NCBI GenBank assembly: GCA_951804945.1
Contig: OX638155.1
Coordinates: 62,868,001 to 62,932,000 of the forward strand
Reading direction: 5' to 3'
Length of the DNA stretch: 64,000 nucleotides
Source of the DNA: Podarcis cretensis
Lineage: Eukaryota
Each line of letters begins with the position of its first letter. The first letter of the stretch is position 1. A program made the position numbers and the translations under genes. This document shows positions 1 through 12,929 of this stretch, in pieces. The notes beneath the pieces are model-generated. The model saw nothing but the letters and a program-made list of their open reading frames with translations, was not told where the DNA came from and did no database searches.

Positions 1-422
1 GAGCTGGGAGGGTCTGTGGCAGAGACAAGTCCAGAATCAGAGGCAGAAGGTGAAACAGGAGGGTGGGAGGAGTGGCCAAGCAGCAGAGATGAATTAGGCT
101 GGTGAAGAATCACAACTGTCTCCCCCTCTCTCCCATTGTCTCTCAGAAGCAAAAGAGGCATGCAAAGGGTGGAAGAGAGATTAGTGACATGCTGATGCAG
201 CCTCTGTTTGCTTGGAGGGGGAACCCTGGGGAAGAGGGGACTTAGGCAGCTGTGGGAAGGCAGGGACCTTCAGTCTCGGCAACTGCTTCATGGGGGCAAG
301 ACCTACCAGAGTTGAGTTGCTGTGCTCATTAGGCCTGACACTGCAATGCATATCCTGTTTTTGCTAATAAAGAGTTAACTCCAACTTGCTTGGTGTGATT
401 TACTGCTGGCTCACTTCTGACA
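1..422 (+). mobile_element. LTR (probable solo LTR of a Gypsy-like retrotransposon), 5' part outside the window
   Basis: AATAAA at 366-371 and a terminal ...CTGACA at 417-422. Frame +1 encodes a decayed acidic then basic peptide laid out like the ORF in the LTR at 42711. The left end and TSD are not visible. Confidence 0.55.
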
Positions 423-2664
423 GCTAGTGAAGATGCACAGACAGCCAACATTCTAAATCATGCATAGGATAGCACTCCAATAGCATTTCAGGGGCTGCAG
501 TCCTATCTGCTAAGACTATACCAACGATAGCTACCAATTGCTGCTTATGTACCTATTATGTATATACACTGCTGGGGGGCGGGGAAGTGCCAGTTTTAAG
601 CAACTGCAGATTTGAATAAAGCAGGGAGGGAGAAACACTGAGAGGAAAAAATGTGATTTTAAACAATGGCAGAGGTTTGAATACAGTGAACGGTGGGTGA
701 CACTGAGGGGTTGAAAGTGGCAATTTCAAGCAAGGTTTGAGTACAGTGAGAAGGGCATTTGGAAAGACACTGTTGTAACTTTTTGGTGTAAGCAGAAATA
801 CGTACAACACAGAAGCTATTTCTCCTTATTAAAAACTGACCAAAGAACCCAACAACCTCTCACTGCCTCATCATCCCTGCTTTAGTCAAACTTGTGCTGT
901 TCCTTTTTTTAAACCTCAGTGTCTTAATCAGACATACATACTTGCCCTGCTTATCCTGAACTTTTACCCTGCATTTGTATCCGAGGCTGTTTTTGGTTGC
1001 TTTCAGCTCTAAGTGGGCAAGATTTAAGTGGGCAAGATATCACAAGCAACATTCCAGGGCACTCTAATGCCAATGCCTTCTACAGGGAGGGGATCATAGA
1101 AAGAAAGACCTAAAAATAACTAATAACATTCTCAGTCAGATTGCATTATTGATAATTTAGGGCCCCATGAGATGCAGAAATGCAGAGACAGGCCTATCTT
1201 TCCAAATATCTGGCCATATAAGGCTTGCTTTAGAAGCTCATCTCTTCCTTCTAAATGCAACAATATTTTCCTCATAGAATAGCTGTTGTCTTTTAAAACC
1301 TCACCTTATTATATTCCTTTCATATTGCGTAGGTTTGCAGCTATGGTATTTACATTTTTATGGGTCTTTTGGCATTTCAGCCGATGGGCCTCTCTGATTA
1401 CAGTTTTCACTCTTAACAACTCTTTATTTATATCTTCTCTGACTTCTAATGTCTTTCAGGCCTGACCTAAGTACATTTTACCACATGGGCATGGAATTTC
1501 ATTTACTCTTGAGAGTCCTGATGACTCATTAGCCAAGATGGATCCCTAACTCTCATTAATGTACTTCTTACTGTAATTTGCAGACGATTAGATAAGTGTC
1601 TTTCCCTCCTTTCTTCCAGAGCCCACGCAGTCCTGTGATGAGTCTGGAATGATTATAACAGTTGGATGTTTTAAATAATCCTTTCTTTCCACCCTGCTCA
1701 TTTTTATGTGCATTTCTTTTGCCTTTCTTTCCCTCCCCCCCCCCCTTTTTAAAAAAGAAATCTAATGTGGTTACTTTTTAAGTGGGTAATCATTTCTCAC
1801 CATGGTGCCTCTAGCTTATACAGAATGCTGTCTCTAATTCCTTTAATACTCTGAGACTCACAACACATTTCAGGATTCACTAAACTTTCTGCACAGGAAC
1901 CCACTTATAGGAGTAGCTCAGGAACAATGTATTTTCTGTTTGAGAAATCAAAATATGCATTCCGCTTCACCATCCCTGATTTCTGGGCCTGTTTTTGATT
2001 ACTGATTGAAAATCCCTTCTGTTCTTCGTTAAAGTCTGAGATTCTTTTAAAATGCTTATTTACGGTGGCAGTCTTAAGGGATTGGCCATGCATTTAACTG
2101 CCTACAGCTCCAAATTTCTTTCAACATCAGGGCCAGCCTCTCTACATTGGGTCAGTTGATGAGTGAGCAGTTACCACATTCTGGCCCTGCCTATGCTTAG
2201 TTAGCTCCTAAACCATCATTAAGGATAATGAGCTTTACATGTACTGAGCAAGGAAAGGAGACTGGGGGGGGGGGGGGAACCTCCTCAAATGCAGTGCTTT
2301 TTTTTAAAAAAAGGGTTTTGTTGCTGGCTTTAGATAACCTTTACAGAGCCAAATCTGGATGGCTACAGGTTTAGCCAGCGAGCAGAAAATATACACTGTA
2401 GTCAAGGCGGCAGAAACTTCATGTGCCTCAAACTATGGAGCCACATAAACTGACATAGGGCACTCCCCAGCTGCCATGGACTGGCTACCTTTGCCTGAAG
2501 CAAACAGTTCTGTAAATCTGCCATAGGCTACATAGGCTCAGTCACTGCAGGCCCCCCTATGTACAAGGCACATTCCTTATTGTATTATATGAGTCATCAG
2601 GAGCTACCGGGACTCAAACTGATAATCTTTGGATCCGTGTGCCAATGTGTTGGGCAATGAACAG

Positions 2665-3077
2665 TAGGTTGCAGACTCTACCTCTATCTCCTCTATCTCT
2701 AACTCTATCTGTTGATGGACGGCCAACCTGACTCCGCCCCAGACACACTGATCAGATGTTTGGAAGCTGTGGCTGGATGATTATGTGGGAGCCGGTTGAA
2801 GTTAAATCCTTTGAAGACAGAGGTCCTTTGCCTGGGTCAGGACGATATGGGATTGGGGGGGGGGCAACTCCCATCTCTTGCGGGGACGCAATTAGTGCCA
2901 GCACCCTCCGTTAAGAGTTTGGGTGTAATCTTCGACACCTCCCTTTCCATGGAGGCGCAGATTGCAGCTATAACAAAGGCGGCATTTTTTTTCATCTCCG
3001 CCAAGCTAAGCAGTTGGCTCCTTACCTCTCTTGCCCTGACCTAGCCACTGTGATCCACGCAACGGTCACCTCCAGAT
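2665..3077 (+). mobile_element. L2 LINE ORF2 (reverse transcriptase C-terminal) fragment
   Basis: Translation LKLNPLKTEVL...VKSLGVIFDTSLSMEAQIAAITKAAFF, continuing after a frameshift as HLRQAKQLAPYLSCPDLATVIHATVTSR, is typical L2-clade RT; it contains stops and frameshifts. Confidence 0.8.
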
Positions 3078-3163
3078 TTATGTGTTCTGGATGAGCGTTA
3101 CCTGAGCAACGCTCAGTGAGGAATTGAACTGAAAGTTTAGGAGCCTAGTCACTGAACCAAATA

Positions 3164-3573
3164 CCGTACTTTTCTGTGTCTAAGACGAGGGGTTTTTTTA
3201 TATAAAGAAATTGTGTTAAAATCGTCATACACGGATAGTGCATAGTGGGGATGTGGGATTGGTTGGTGCCACGAGCCGGAGATTGTCAGCGGCTATTGGG
3301 TGTGTTTTTGGTGGTTGTGGCAAGGGCTGTTGTTGATTGGCTGTCACCGTCAATTGGGCGGGAGATTGGTGGCTATTGCTGGCGAGGGGACAGGTGATAG
3401 GATTTTGCGATGCATGCGAGTGGCAGTGTAGGTCAGGCTGGTGAGCGAATTTCGTCAATCCCCCTAAAGAAAGCTCAACAACTCTGGACAATCGCCCCCC
3501 ATTTTCTTAATTTGGAGTCCCCAAAAACAGGGGGTGTCATACACAGGGGCATGTTATACATGGAAAAATATGT
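3164..3573. mobile_element. Old non-autonomous Tc1/mariner-type DNA transposon (CCGTA.. TIR family)
   Basis: Begins TA|CCGTACTTTTCTGTGTCTAAGAC and ends with a degenerate TIR (TATACATGGAAAAATATG). Same terminal style as the younger element at 35441-36040. Confidence 0.55.
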
Positions 3574-3955
3574 CATTTTGTGACACACATACACACATGC
3601 CCTCTGGTTTACAAGCCTTTGTCCTGGAGTAAGACCTCTAACACCCGATGTCAGGTTAACAGGCAAGCAAAACTCTGGTGGTAATGAAGGGCAAGTTGGC
3701 AGGACACAGAAAGTAGCAGGACAGGGCATGCAGAAGAAGCTACTTCATGGAGCGCAGCCACAAGGATATAGGAAGGCATCCTTCTCCATTCAGCCCTCTA
3801 TTTGTCACATGCAGAGGTGTTTCCATTCCACTGCAGTTCATGTTCTCCCAAAAATTATTTGTTTTGTCTGCCGTGGCAAAATTGTGTAACTTACATAATT
3901 ACATAATTAATTATGTAACATGCATAAGTTACGTAAATTACATTGTCATTACTTA

Positions 3956-4299
3956 CATACCCTCCAATATTTCTTCGATGAAAATAGGGACGGCCCATTC
4001 CATAATGATATTTTTACTATTTATACCCCACACATCTTACTGGGTTGCCCCAGCCACTCTGCACAGCTTCCAACATATATAAAAACATAGTAAAACATTA
4101 AACATTTTTTTAAAAAATCCCTATACAGGATTGCCTTCAGACAGCTCAGGGATTCGATAACTCCATACCCACCAACATTTCTCCAATGAAAATAGGGTCA
4201 TCCTAAGGAAAAGTGGGACATTCTGGGATCAAATCAGAAACTGGGACTGCTTCTCAAAATCAGGGATGTTCCTGGAAAATAGGGATACTTGAAGGTCTG
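3956..4299. mobile_element. Non-autonomous DNA transposon (CATACCCTCC.. TIR, apparent 6-bp TSD) carrying an L2 tail fragment
   Basis: Termini CATACCCTCCAA / TTGAAGGTCTG, with TACTTA on both sides. Homologous to 35128-35419. Confidence 0.65.
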
Positions 4300-5696
4300 T
4301 ACTTATTTCATCACATTAATTTCAGAGCAAATGAAATTTCATGACAACGGATCAGGAGATGTAAGCAATTACAGATCATTTGTGGACTGAAAGCAATAAA
4401 AGTGAATACTGATCATATTTGCTGGACTGATTTCCATTCCTGACACAGGGCAGATAAGTGAGCATTCCATTTCCGCCAGGATTCTCCTACATCCCTAATC
4501 TTGAGCAGGAGTTGTGGACCAGTAGCCTTTCTCTGTTTCTTTTAAAATCTATATACATGGACTACTAAGAGGCTGCAGGTAACAAATGAGTTTGCATTCC
4601 AAGACAGGGATGGGTTGAGGAATTTTCCCTGCCCCCCAGCAATAAGACATGAGTTAAATCCGCGCCTTTGCATGGCTCTAATCTGCCTCCACTGAAAACA
4701 ACAGAGTCATGTGGCTGTCAACTGAGGACCAAAAGGTTCTGATCCAGCAATTTCAAGGACCTTGCCAATATCCCAGGGTCATCATGAATGGATATGCACT
4801 GAGGAAACAATACCACTGTATTTTGCATGGGAAGCATATGAAAGGTTAATGGAAAAACAAACACTGCAAAACACAATTATGTAAGTTAATTTTCTCGTTT
4901 TTTTAATCTAAAAAAATAAATAAATGAAGTTCAGGTTCGGGGGAATCCAAGCACTATTTTAGATTATTATCGCTTTGATAAGGATTTACAATTCAAGATG
5001 CAGTGCCCAACAATGCTTGAAGGATGAGGTCATTTCTTAATTATGTTAGTGTGTAGTGGATATACATCAATCCCACATCTTCATATATTCAGAATTTACT
5101 GTGCCCCTTACTTGACCCTGACATTTTTTTCCCAGGCAGCAGAGAGAAGAGAAGAAATATTCAAAGCAGATTTTTCTCTCTGATATTCACTGGCAATTCA
5201 AATACAGATGACAGGGCTTCAGTTCAGCCTTATTTCTAGCTAGTTGCCAAGCACTGTGGGTGCAGTTGGATGTGCCCTGGAAGATGGCAATCTGCTTTCA
5301 GCCTGCAAAGGGAACAATGACCCACTTCAACCTAGGCAAAATGGAAGCCAATGGAAACAGCACAAAACAAGCTAATCGAAATAATTTATGTTCTATGTCC
5401 TATTCATCCTTGGAAAGCTCAGAACAGCTAATAAGCAGTTCCTAGAGGACTGATCAGACACTGACCTGTGCAAAGTCCACATCTGTTGAGCTTCAACAAC
5501 GCTTTCAGACCCAATGATTGGGCCCATCCCCATAAGCTTCTTCCCTAGGGAGAGATAAAACATTTGTAATTTTGCAGTGCTTCACAATCCCTGTTCTGCT
5601 AACGCATGCTGAGTTCTTATGTGGTTTGCTTACAGTTTGCCTTACCTGAAGGCCACTGAAATAGAAATGCCAAGAGACTGAGCTTTAAGTAGATGG

Positions 5697-6000
5697 TCTA
5701 GGGCTTCCCTACCAGAAGGTCGGCGGTTCGAATCCCCATGACAAGATGAGCTCCCGTTGCTCAGTCCCAGCTCCTGCCAACCTAGCAGTTTGAAAGCACA
5801 TCAAAGTGCAAGTAGACAAATAGGTACCACTCCAGAGAGAAGGTAAACGGCATTTCCGTGCACTGCTGTGGTTCGCCACAAGCACTTTAGTCATGCTAGC
5901 CACATGACCCGGAAGCTGTACACCAGCTCCTTCAGCCAGTAAAGCGAGATGAGCGCTGCAACCCCAGAGTCATCCGTGACAGGGGTCCCTTTACCTTTAC
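5697..6000 (+). mobile_element. Sauria SINE (POM/Squam1 type), 5'-truncated
   Basis: B-box GGTTCGAATCC, the body CTCCTGCCAACCTAGCAGTT..GCAAGTAGA, and an (ACCTTT)n tail; aligns by eye to 51605-51932. Confidence 0.9.
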
Positions 6001-7799
6001 TCTTGCTCTCAGGAACCAGCAGTGACACTGCCCCCTCTGCACTGCCCCAACAACTTCAACTTAGTTCAACTTCTGCTGTTACTTTCTTCCTGTTTGTTGT
6101 GGGTTAATGATGAATGGCATCTTAATTAGACAGATCAATACCTGTTCCTGGGGAGGACTGGTTTATTATTATTATTATTTGTAAAAGAACTTTCTCAGGA
6201 TCTCCTGAAGGCCCTGTGACCACCTGCAACTCCCTTGGTCTCGGGCAAGGGAGAAGGGACTGCCATATTTCCACTAGCCACACTAATACCTGAGAAAAGG
6301 AACCTGGCTGCTTGCCATAGCTTAAGGAATTAAAGTGTATCTTAGAGAAACATCACTCAGCTTGCTTTAGGAACTTGGGACAAGGGACATTCATAACAGA
6401 GATGGACAAGATAGCCCCTGTCTAGGGCTTCTGTGTCATGCATGGTCAGCCTCTTTCATGCCCAGGTCAGAAATGGAAATATGGAAATTTTGAGGTTCAG
6501 GCTTTTTCTAGCAGAACTTGAGAGACGAGATGAAATGCTAGGCCAGAGAGGTAAGCACCTGAAGATGGATGAATCTGCCTGTTTCAGTTTCTTTCCCTTT
6601 CTCATTTTTCCATTTCACCTGTAGTTTTAAGGTAATTGTATGTCAATAATTATATGTCACTACTGAATGGCTTAGTATCCATAAAGAAAAAAATCTGCCC
6701 AAACCTGAAATGGACCTATGCAAATTAAGTCCTCGTTTCCCTGCTGTTGCCTGAGTTGTTTGCTTTGATTTGTATGCCATTAATGAAACATACTAAATAC
6801 CAGATGTTGTTTGTTTTCTGTAGCAAAACACAGAAATTCTGTAGCAAAACACTGAAGACACTTGCATATCTTTTTCATGTACTCATGTAATGTTGATACG
6901 GCGCACTAATCTTTCCCCCAGATCGAACCAGATGGTAAAAAGCAAAACTTACAATGCTTCCACGTTCTAGATAAACGGCTGTGGCTGTCTCTGTGCAGCA
7001 CATTCTGCTCCACCAGATGTCCACATCAGGTCCCTGGGACTTTGCCACATTCAAAGTACGCACAGCGGATGAAAGGCTCCAGTGTGGTTTAATCTCCTAC
7101 TGTTGTGCTCCTCTAATTGATGTCATGCCACTAAGGGGAACAATGCAGCCAAACACAAGTACTTCTAACTACCATCGATCAGTTTCTTGTGGGACAAGAA
7201 AGGGACTTCTATCTTGGAAAGGTACCTCCATTCAGCGGGATTTGTAACCGGTCTTATACAAGAACAGCTGTATAGTTCGAGACATCTTGACTTGAGCATT
7301 CTGTATGACACACAATCAAGACAATTTGCCTTACAGCTGTGACATTTGGCTCAGAGAATATACCTCTTAAGGGGTATAATCATGGGAAGCTGGTCACCAG
7401 GGCATGATCGCAAAGGACCCTACCAGCATTTTTTACTGCTGCACTGCTTAAGTCTCCATTGTGTCTTGCAAGGGAGGAGGATGTTGTTGGGGGGACAGAA
7501 CAAACTGCCCACATCTCCCTTGGCTGCTTCAAACAGGTCCAATGGTTACCAACCACCACAGGCAAGAATCTTGACCGATTTAAAAAATAATAATAATAAC
7601 AACTCTGTGTTTTAAGTCTAGGAGCGTAAAGACTTATCAGTACTTTTCTTCTCACCCAAAACTTTCTCCTTTTGCCATTTTAGATGGCTTCAGCAATTGG
7701 GGGTGATTCCAGACATCTTTTTCTCATTTGTTGAAAACCCATGGTGTATCTCTGTTACCACATTTCCCAAGTTTTAAACGATAAGTGCTCTCCTAACAC

Positions 7800-7938
7800 A
7801 GGAATGATGAATCCATGGCTTTCTAGATGTTGAAGGATTGCAACTTCCATCACCCTGGCTATTCACCATATAGGCTGGGACTGAAGACAGATGAGCTCTA
7901 ACATCACCTGGATGGCCACAGGATCCCCATCTCTATCC
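7800..7938. mobile_element. Old short hairpin hAT-like MITE
   Basis: Degenerate copy of the ~135-bp inverted-repeat family seen intact at 63264-63399. Confidence 0.45.
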
Positions 7939-10051
7939 TAGCAAATATAGAAACACCTGTGAAGTAGGTTTATTGACGCAAAAAAGAACTGCTGGCAAAT
8001 GCAGCGTGTTGGATTAGCCGATGTACCCAACTTCCTATGTTGAAGAGTTGCATTTGTAACTTCCTCCCTCTCTCTGGATTTTGGTTTGTGTTTGTCACGA
8101 CTCTTAAACCAATGTTTTTTTCAATCCTACAATTGAATGTAACTGTCCAATTTCAATGAGAACAAAATCCCATTGATTTCAGTGGAAGAGCATGTGCTTA
8201 ATTCTTTCACTTAGAAATCAACCGTTTTACTTTTCTTGGGCTGGGCTCAAAAGACTACGTACAGGAAAATCACTTTCTTCCACCTCAGACTGAGAACATC
8301 TGATGCCAGCTGATAGGTTTTCATCAAGAGTGACAAGGAATCATTTCTAATCTATGGCCGGTACGGAAGGTGTTTCCAGTAACATAGAGAAGCAACCTTC
8401 ATATAGCAGTACAAGAAATGGTACATGTAAGTTGTAGCTGCACACTATCATATTAACTAAAAAGAAAATTATTCTCAAACAATGAAAAATCTGCTGCATT
8501 CTGGGACTAGAAGAAGTATTCCTTGCCAGTATTCTGGAAGATTTTATTTCCACACAGCTCTGCCATATGACACGTTTGGATGGTGTTTAAACTTTCCCTC
8601 TGTGTATGTTCATTTAGTGTATTTTTATTGTACTTTTAATTATCTGCAAATACATATTAATTCCAGAAAGTACAAACAGACGCTGCTGTCGTTCTTCTAC
8701 CACACTTTATATTATAACATCGCTCATGAATGCTGGTTACAAGTTTCCAGGCAGACGTGTGGTTGATCTAAATTTGTGGGACAACAACATTTGGAATATC
8801 TGCTTTCAATTTGTGTGCATGTTTTCTCCTGTTATTTTCTTTTTATGGTGGTATTAATTGCTGCCAGACATTCCTCTGAAGCCAACCAGCAAAATACAGC
8901 AAATCAGATATTGTTGTTTTGGCTGCTGAAGTTGGAATCAACAGACCCAAGTTAATAATCTTTAGGTCCATACCTGGAGAAGAACTAACACACCAGATCT
9001 AGTTAAAGATTAAGGCTCTGACTGCATTAGGCTAAATCCATGGATCAGTTTTACACTGAACATGCTCTGATGGCAACCAGCTGTACAATCTGCGTTATGC
9101 TGTGGGTTGACTGTACATGAAATACGCATAAATGTGCAAATGAGCCACACACTGCAACATGAACAGGTGTGATTGATGGTGTGATCACTGGATCAGATCC
9201 TGCTTAGAATCAGGAGCAGCATAAGCATCACATCATTTCACACTATCTTTTTTTTTTTTTTTTTTTGCAGATTTATGAGGTACAGTGAATGTGAGAGTTG
9301 TGTGCAAATGGCCTCTTGAAATTCTCCACACTATTTGTGGACAGATACATTTTCCAGGTAGGAGGAGAGATTTCACTAAATTAGTCCTGGGGGAGGAAGA
9401 GTTTTCCAACAGTTTCTCAGGGAAATGACAGTAGCACAGCTGCTCCCACCTCCCACCCCATTTCCCCCCTTTCTCCCCCCCCCCCCAGTGCAAGTGGCAA
9501 CAGCAACAGCTGTGGCACCATTTTGCATTCTCCACAATTATTTTGGGGACATTGTCAGAGTGAGGGGCAGAAATGATGGCTACCACGCACCTAAATGGTG
9601 ATGAATAGTCAAAGAATGTGGGAAAGTGGCATTTTTCAAGGAGGGATGAGAACAAGAACAATTCCAGATTTTTTTCTCAGGGCATCGTCTTCAGAGACAT
9701 TTCAGCTCAGCTCTCGAGTCCATTTTGACCAGTTCTCCCACTCCTCACAGTATCAGATGTCCAGTCCCACAGGATGCAATCTCAAGCTGTGATGAAACTA
9801 CCACCCAACTTTTTCACAGTCCCATTTACAGGCTGCCGAAATTTCTCCTCTCCCAGAAAACTGCATTTTTTAAAAATGCACAGATATAAATACAAGGCAG
9901 ACCTTGGGGCCAATGCAGACCCCTATTATCTACTTAATTATTCATTATAATTCTTTTAAGAGCCTTCTTCAATCATACTCAGAGTGGTTTACAAAACAAT
10001 AAAACAAGCTTATCCATGGAGCACCTGTATCACATATTCTGTATGCCATTT

Positions 10052-10090
10052 TGTGTGTGTGTGTGTGTGTGCGCGCGCGCGCGTGTATGC
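10052..10090. repeat. (GT)n(GC)n alternating purine-pyrimidine microsatellite
   Basis: Read directly from the sequence. Confidence 0.9.
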
Positions 10091-10762
10091 TGCTACTCTC
10101 CAACCATACAAGACATCTTAAGTGTGTGAACCAGTTCTAAGACAGACAGGACTCTTTTTCTGAATGTAGCTATTTGGTATCAGATATTTCCACGCAGTTG
10201 GGTTGTGCAGCAAAATAAAACTCTCCCAATATGTGGAAAGGGAAATTTTCTCCAATTCTTTTTTCTTTTCTTCAGGTGTCTACTTCACTTTCTTTAACCT
10301 TACGATATGGCCAAGGGTTTTCTATTTAAACACCCAGATTTTTAAAATGTGTGGGGGGTTTTTTAAAAAAATAAAAATCTCCACACCACTCTCAGTGGTG
10401 CAAAGCTCTCGTTGCAGCTTCCTGCCAGCAGCACTTCCTGGGATGCCTTGGAAGCCATGACACATCATACCACATCACTCCCAGAGCATTCCAAGGAAGT
10501 GCAGCCGACAAGAAGCTGTGCAAAGTGGTCTCCAAAATTTCGTCCAGCTGCACTTCTTGGCAAAATCCAGTAGAGTTAATCAACAACACTCTCCCAAAAT
10601 GGCGGAGAAATTTCTCACTACCACCAAGAAAGCTGTAGAAAACCAATCCCCATTTTAAAGTGGGTGGGACCAGGCCTTTTTTTTTTCTACTGGAACTCAG
10701 TTCCAGCACCTCTCAAGTGAGCACCATTGCCATTCTAAGATAACAAGGGATGCATCCATGGT

Positions 10763-11037
10763 GAAGAAGAAGGAGAAGAAGGAGGAGAAGGAGAAGAAGA
10801 GTTTGATTTTATATCCCACCTTTCACTCCCCTTAAGGAGTCTAGAAGCAGCTAACAACCTCTTTTCCTTTCCTCCCCCACAACAAACACTCTGTGAGGTG
10901 AGTGGGGCTGAGAGACTTCAGAGAAGTGTGACTAGCCCAAGGTCACCCAGCAGCTGCATGTGGAGGAGTGGGGAAGCGAACCCGGTTCACCAGATTACCA
11001 GTCCACTGCTCTTAACCACTACACCACACTGGCTCTC
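10763..11037 (-). mobile_element. Squam3-like tRNA-derived SINE, full length, with (TTC)n-type tail
   Basis: The minus strand starts GAGAGCCAGTGTGGTGTAGTGGTTAAGAGC (A box), followed by GGTTCGCTTCC (B box) and CORE-like GTGACCTTGGGCTAGTCAC. The GAA/GGA tail is at 10763-10800. A second copy lies at 63815. Confidence 0.85.
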
Positions 11038-11095
11038 TGGACTATGTTAAGAAAATGTGGGGATGAGAAGCTTGACTGAGCTTTAGATAATACTA

Positions 11096-11293
11096 GACCG
11101 TAGCTCATTTATAGAGGATCTGCTTTGCATGCAGAAGGCGCTAGGTTCAACCCCTGACATTTCCAAGTAGGGCTGGGAGTGAACCCTGCCTGAAATCCCT
11201 TTCTGGAGAGAGACTGCCACAATCAACGAAGGCAGTACTGAGCTGGATGGAGCAATAATCTGACTCCATATAATGTTGCTTCCTATGTTCCTA
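11096..11293 (+). mobile_element. Squam2-like tRNA-derived SINE (degenerate)
   Basis: tRNA-Ala-like head TAGCTCA..TGCTTTGCATGCAGAAGG..GGTTCAACCCC and tail TTCCTATGTTCCTA. Similar copies at 26425, 29425, 57965 and 62280. Confidence 0.7.
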
Positions 11294-12929
11294 TACTGCC
11301 TAATTTTTTCTAGTAATGTTTTGTTGCAGGAACTATCAAACTGTGGCTTCTTAATCTAATTCATCTCCATTAATCTAGCTCCAAGGGGAAATATATAAAA
11401 ATGATATGGACGGATACACAAAAAATGAAGTGTTGAGCGCACTTCAGATTTTGGCCAAGTTTTGACCAAGCCCAGAAGGGATATGGATTATTATTTAGTT
11501 ACAGCTAACGGTTTGTGGTGGGAAACTTTTTTTTTTAAAGGATATTTTCCACTCAACACATTTAAGAATTTTACCATGCTCTTTGAGGCATTTCCCACTC
11601 TAAATATAGGAAATTGAACTAATGCCACTGTAAAGTTCGCATATAGGATATTTAAGCCTATATAGAATATTTAAGCCTGTATAGTTTTCCCCTTGAATTG
11701 TTTCAGCTCAATAATGTGGAAAAAAAGGAAAAGTGTGTTTCTTTAAAATAGAGATAGCAAACAATAGTGCAGCCAGACATCTACATCTGCTGAGCATGGG
11801 TTAACATTAAATGCGCTGTGATAGTAACAGCTTTAACCAAGCCATGCAAGGAGGAAGCTCTTTTATTTTTGTTAAAATAAATCTGAAGGAGAACGACGGC
11901 AAAGCAAACACCGCCAGTGGAACTGCAGCTTGTGGGGAAGGGAGGGGGAAGAGGATCATGAATATTAATTGAGGAAGTCAAGACAGAAGATGTACAGTGC
12001 AAACTATTTACAAAAGAGGCAATAAGCCACCAAGGTGCCGCGGAGACACTTGCAGAGCAAACACAACAACGGCACAATTCAAAGATGCAAAAGAAAACAA
12101 AGTAAAGAAGAGCCTGTTTAAAAATATGATCCTCTTGTACTGCTTCCTGCAATTCCTCAGCTTCCTGCAATGTGCTATTTCAGAAAAGCTTAGATCACAG
12201 CAGATCTCTGAATGTAGATCAGGTTTTATCAAAGGCCCTTGCTTTGTCTGTATGTTGAACAGGGAGCCATATTTTAACAAATGCAGAAATAATGAGGGTT
12301 TCAGATTTCCAGCGTAAGCACAAAAAGGGACACCCCGCTCTCATCTTTCAAAGCATTAGAGTTCACAACTTATCGTGCTCCGATGCAGCACAGAATTCCT
12401 GTATATCGTTGCCAAGGTTTGTGAAAAGTACCATTCTTAGCCACATCTATCTTTTCCCCTCTTCCCTTCAAATGTAACATTGGGACACACTTTTTTTTAA
12501 AAAAAAAAAAAAAATCCCTCCGAATGTATGACAGCAGAGAGAATGTCTACATAACGTCTTTCAACTAGCCAACGGGTAGCCTTGTAAAACCTATACAAAC
12601 TATACTGAGGGAATTTCAGTTTAGAATAAATGAGCTATATAAGAGATTCTCCTTCTGTGACATATGGTGCTTTGGAAAAGATACCAGAGTACAAAAATGG
12701 CTCCATTAGATGACTTGTCTCCTATAAGTCACCAGTAGGGATGGAGCGAAAAGCACAAACCTGCTCATTCGCATGCCCACCAACAACAAACAGTGGAAAT
12801 TCTCACTTCTGATTTTGTGATGAAGTTCTCCAGGCAAATAACGTATATAAAAGTTCATGTATCGGGGGAAAGGGTGTATGAAAATTCGTATATCAGCGGA
12901 AACAGCATACAAAATGCATTATGTTAGAG

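Noticed and set aside
11641-11684. 19-bp tandem repeat (also short duplications near 6816-6852 and 37581-37611)
   Set aside because: Ordinary local slippage duplications with no further structure.
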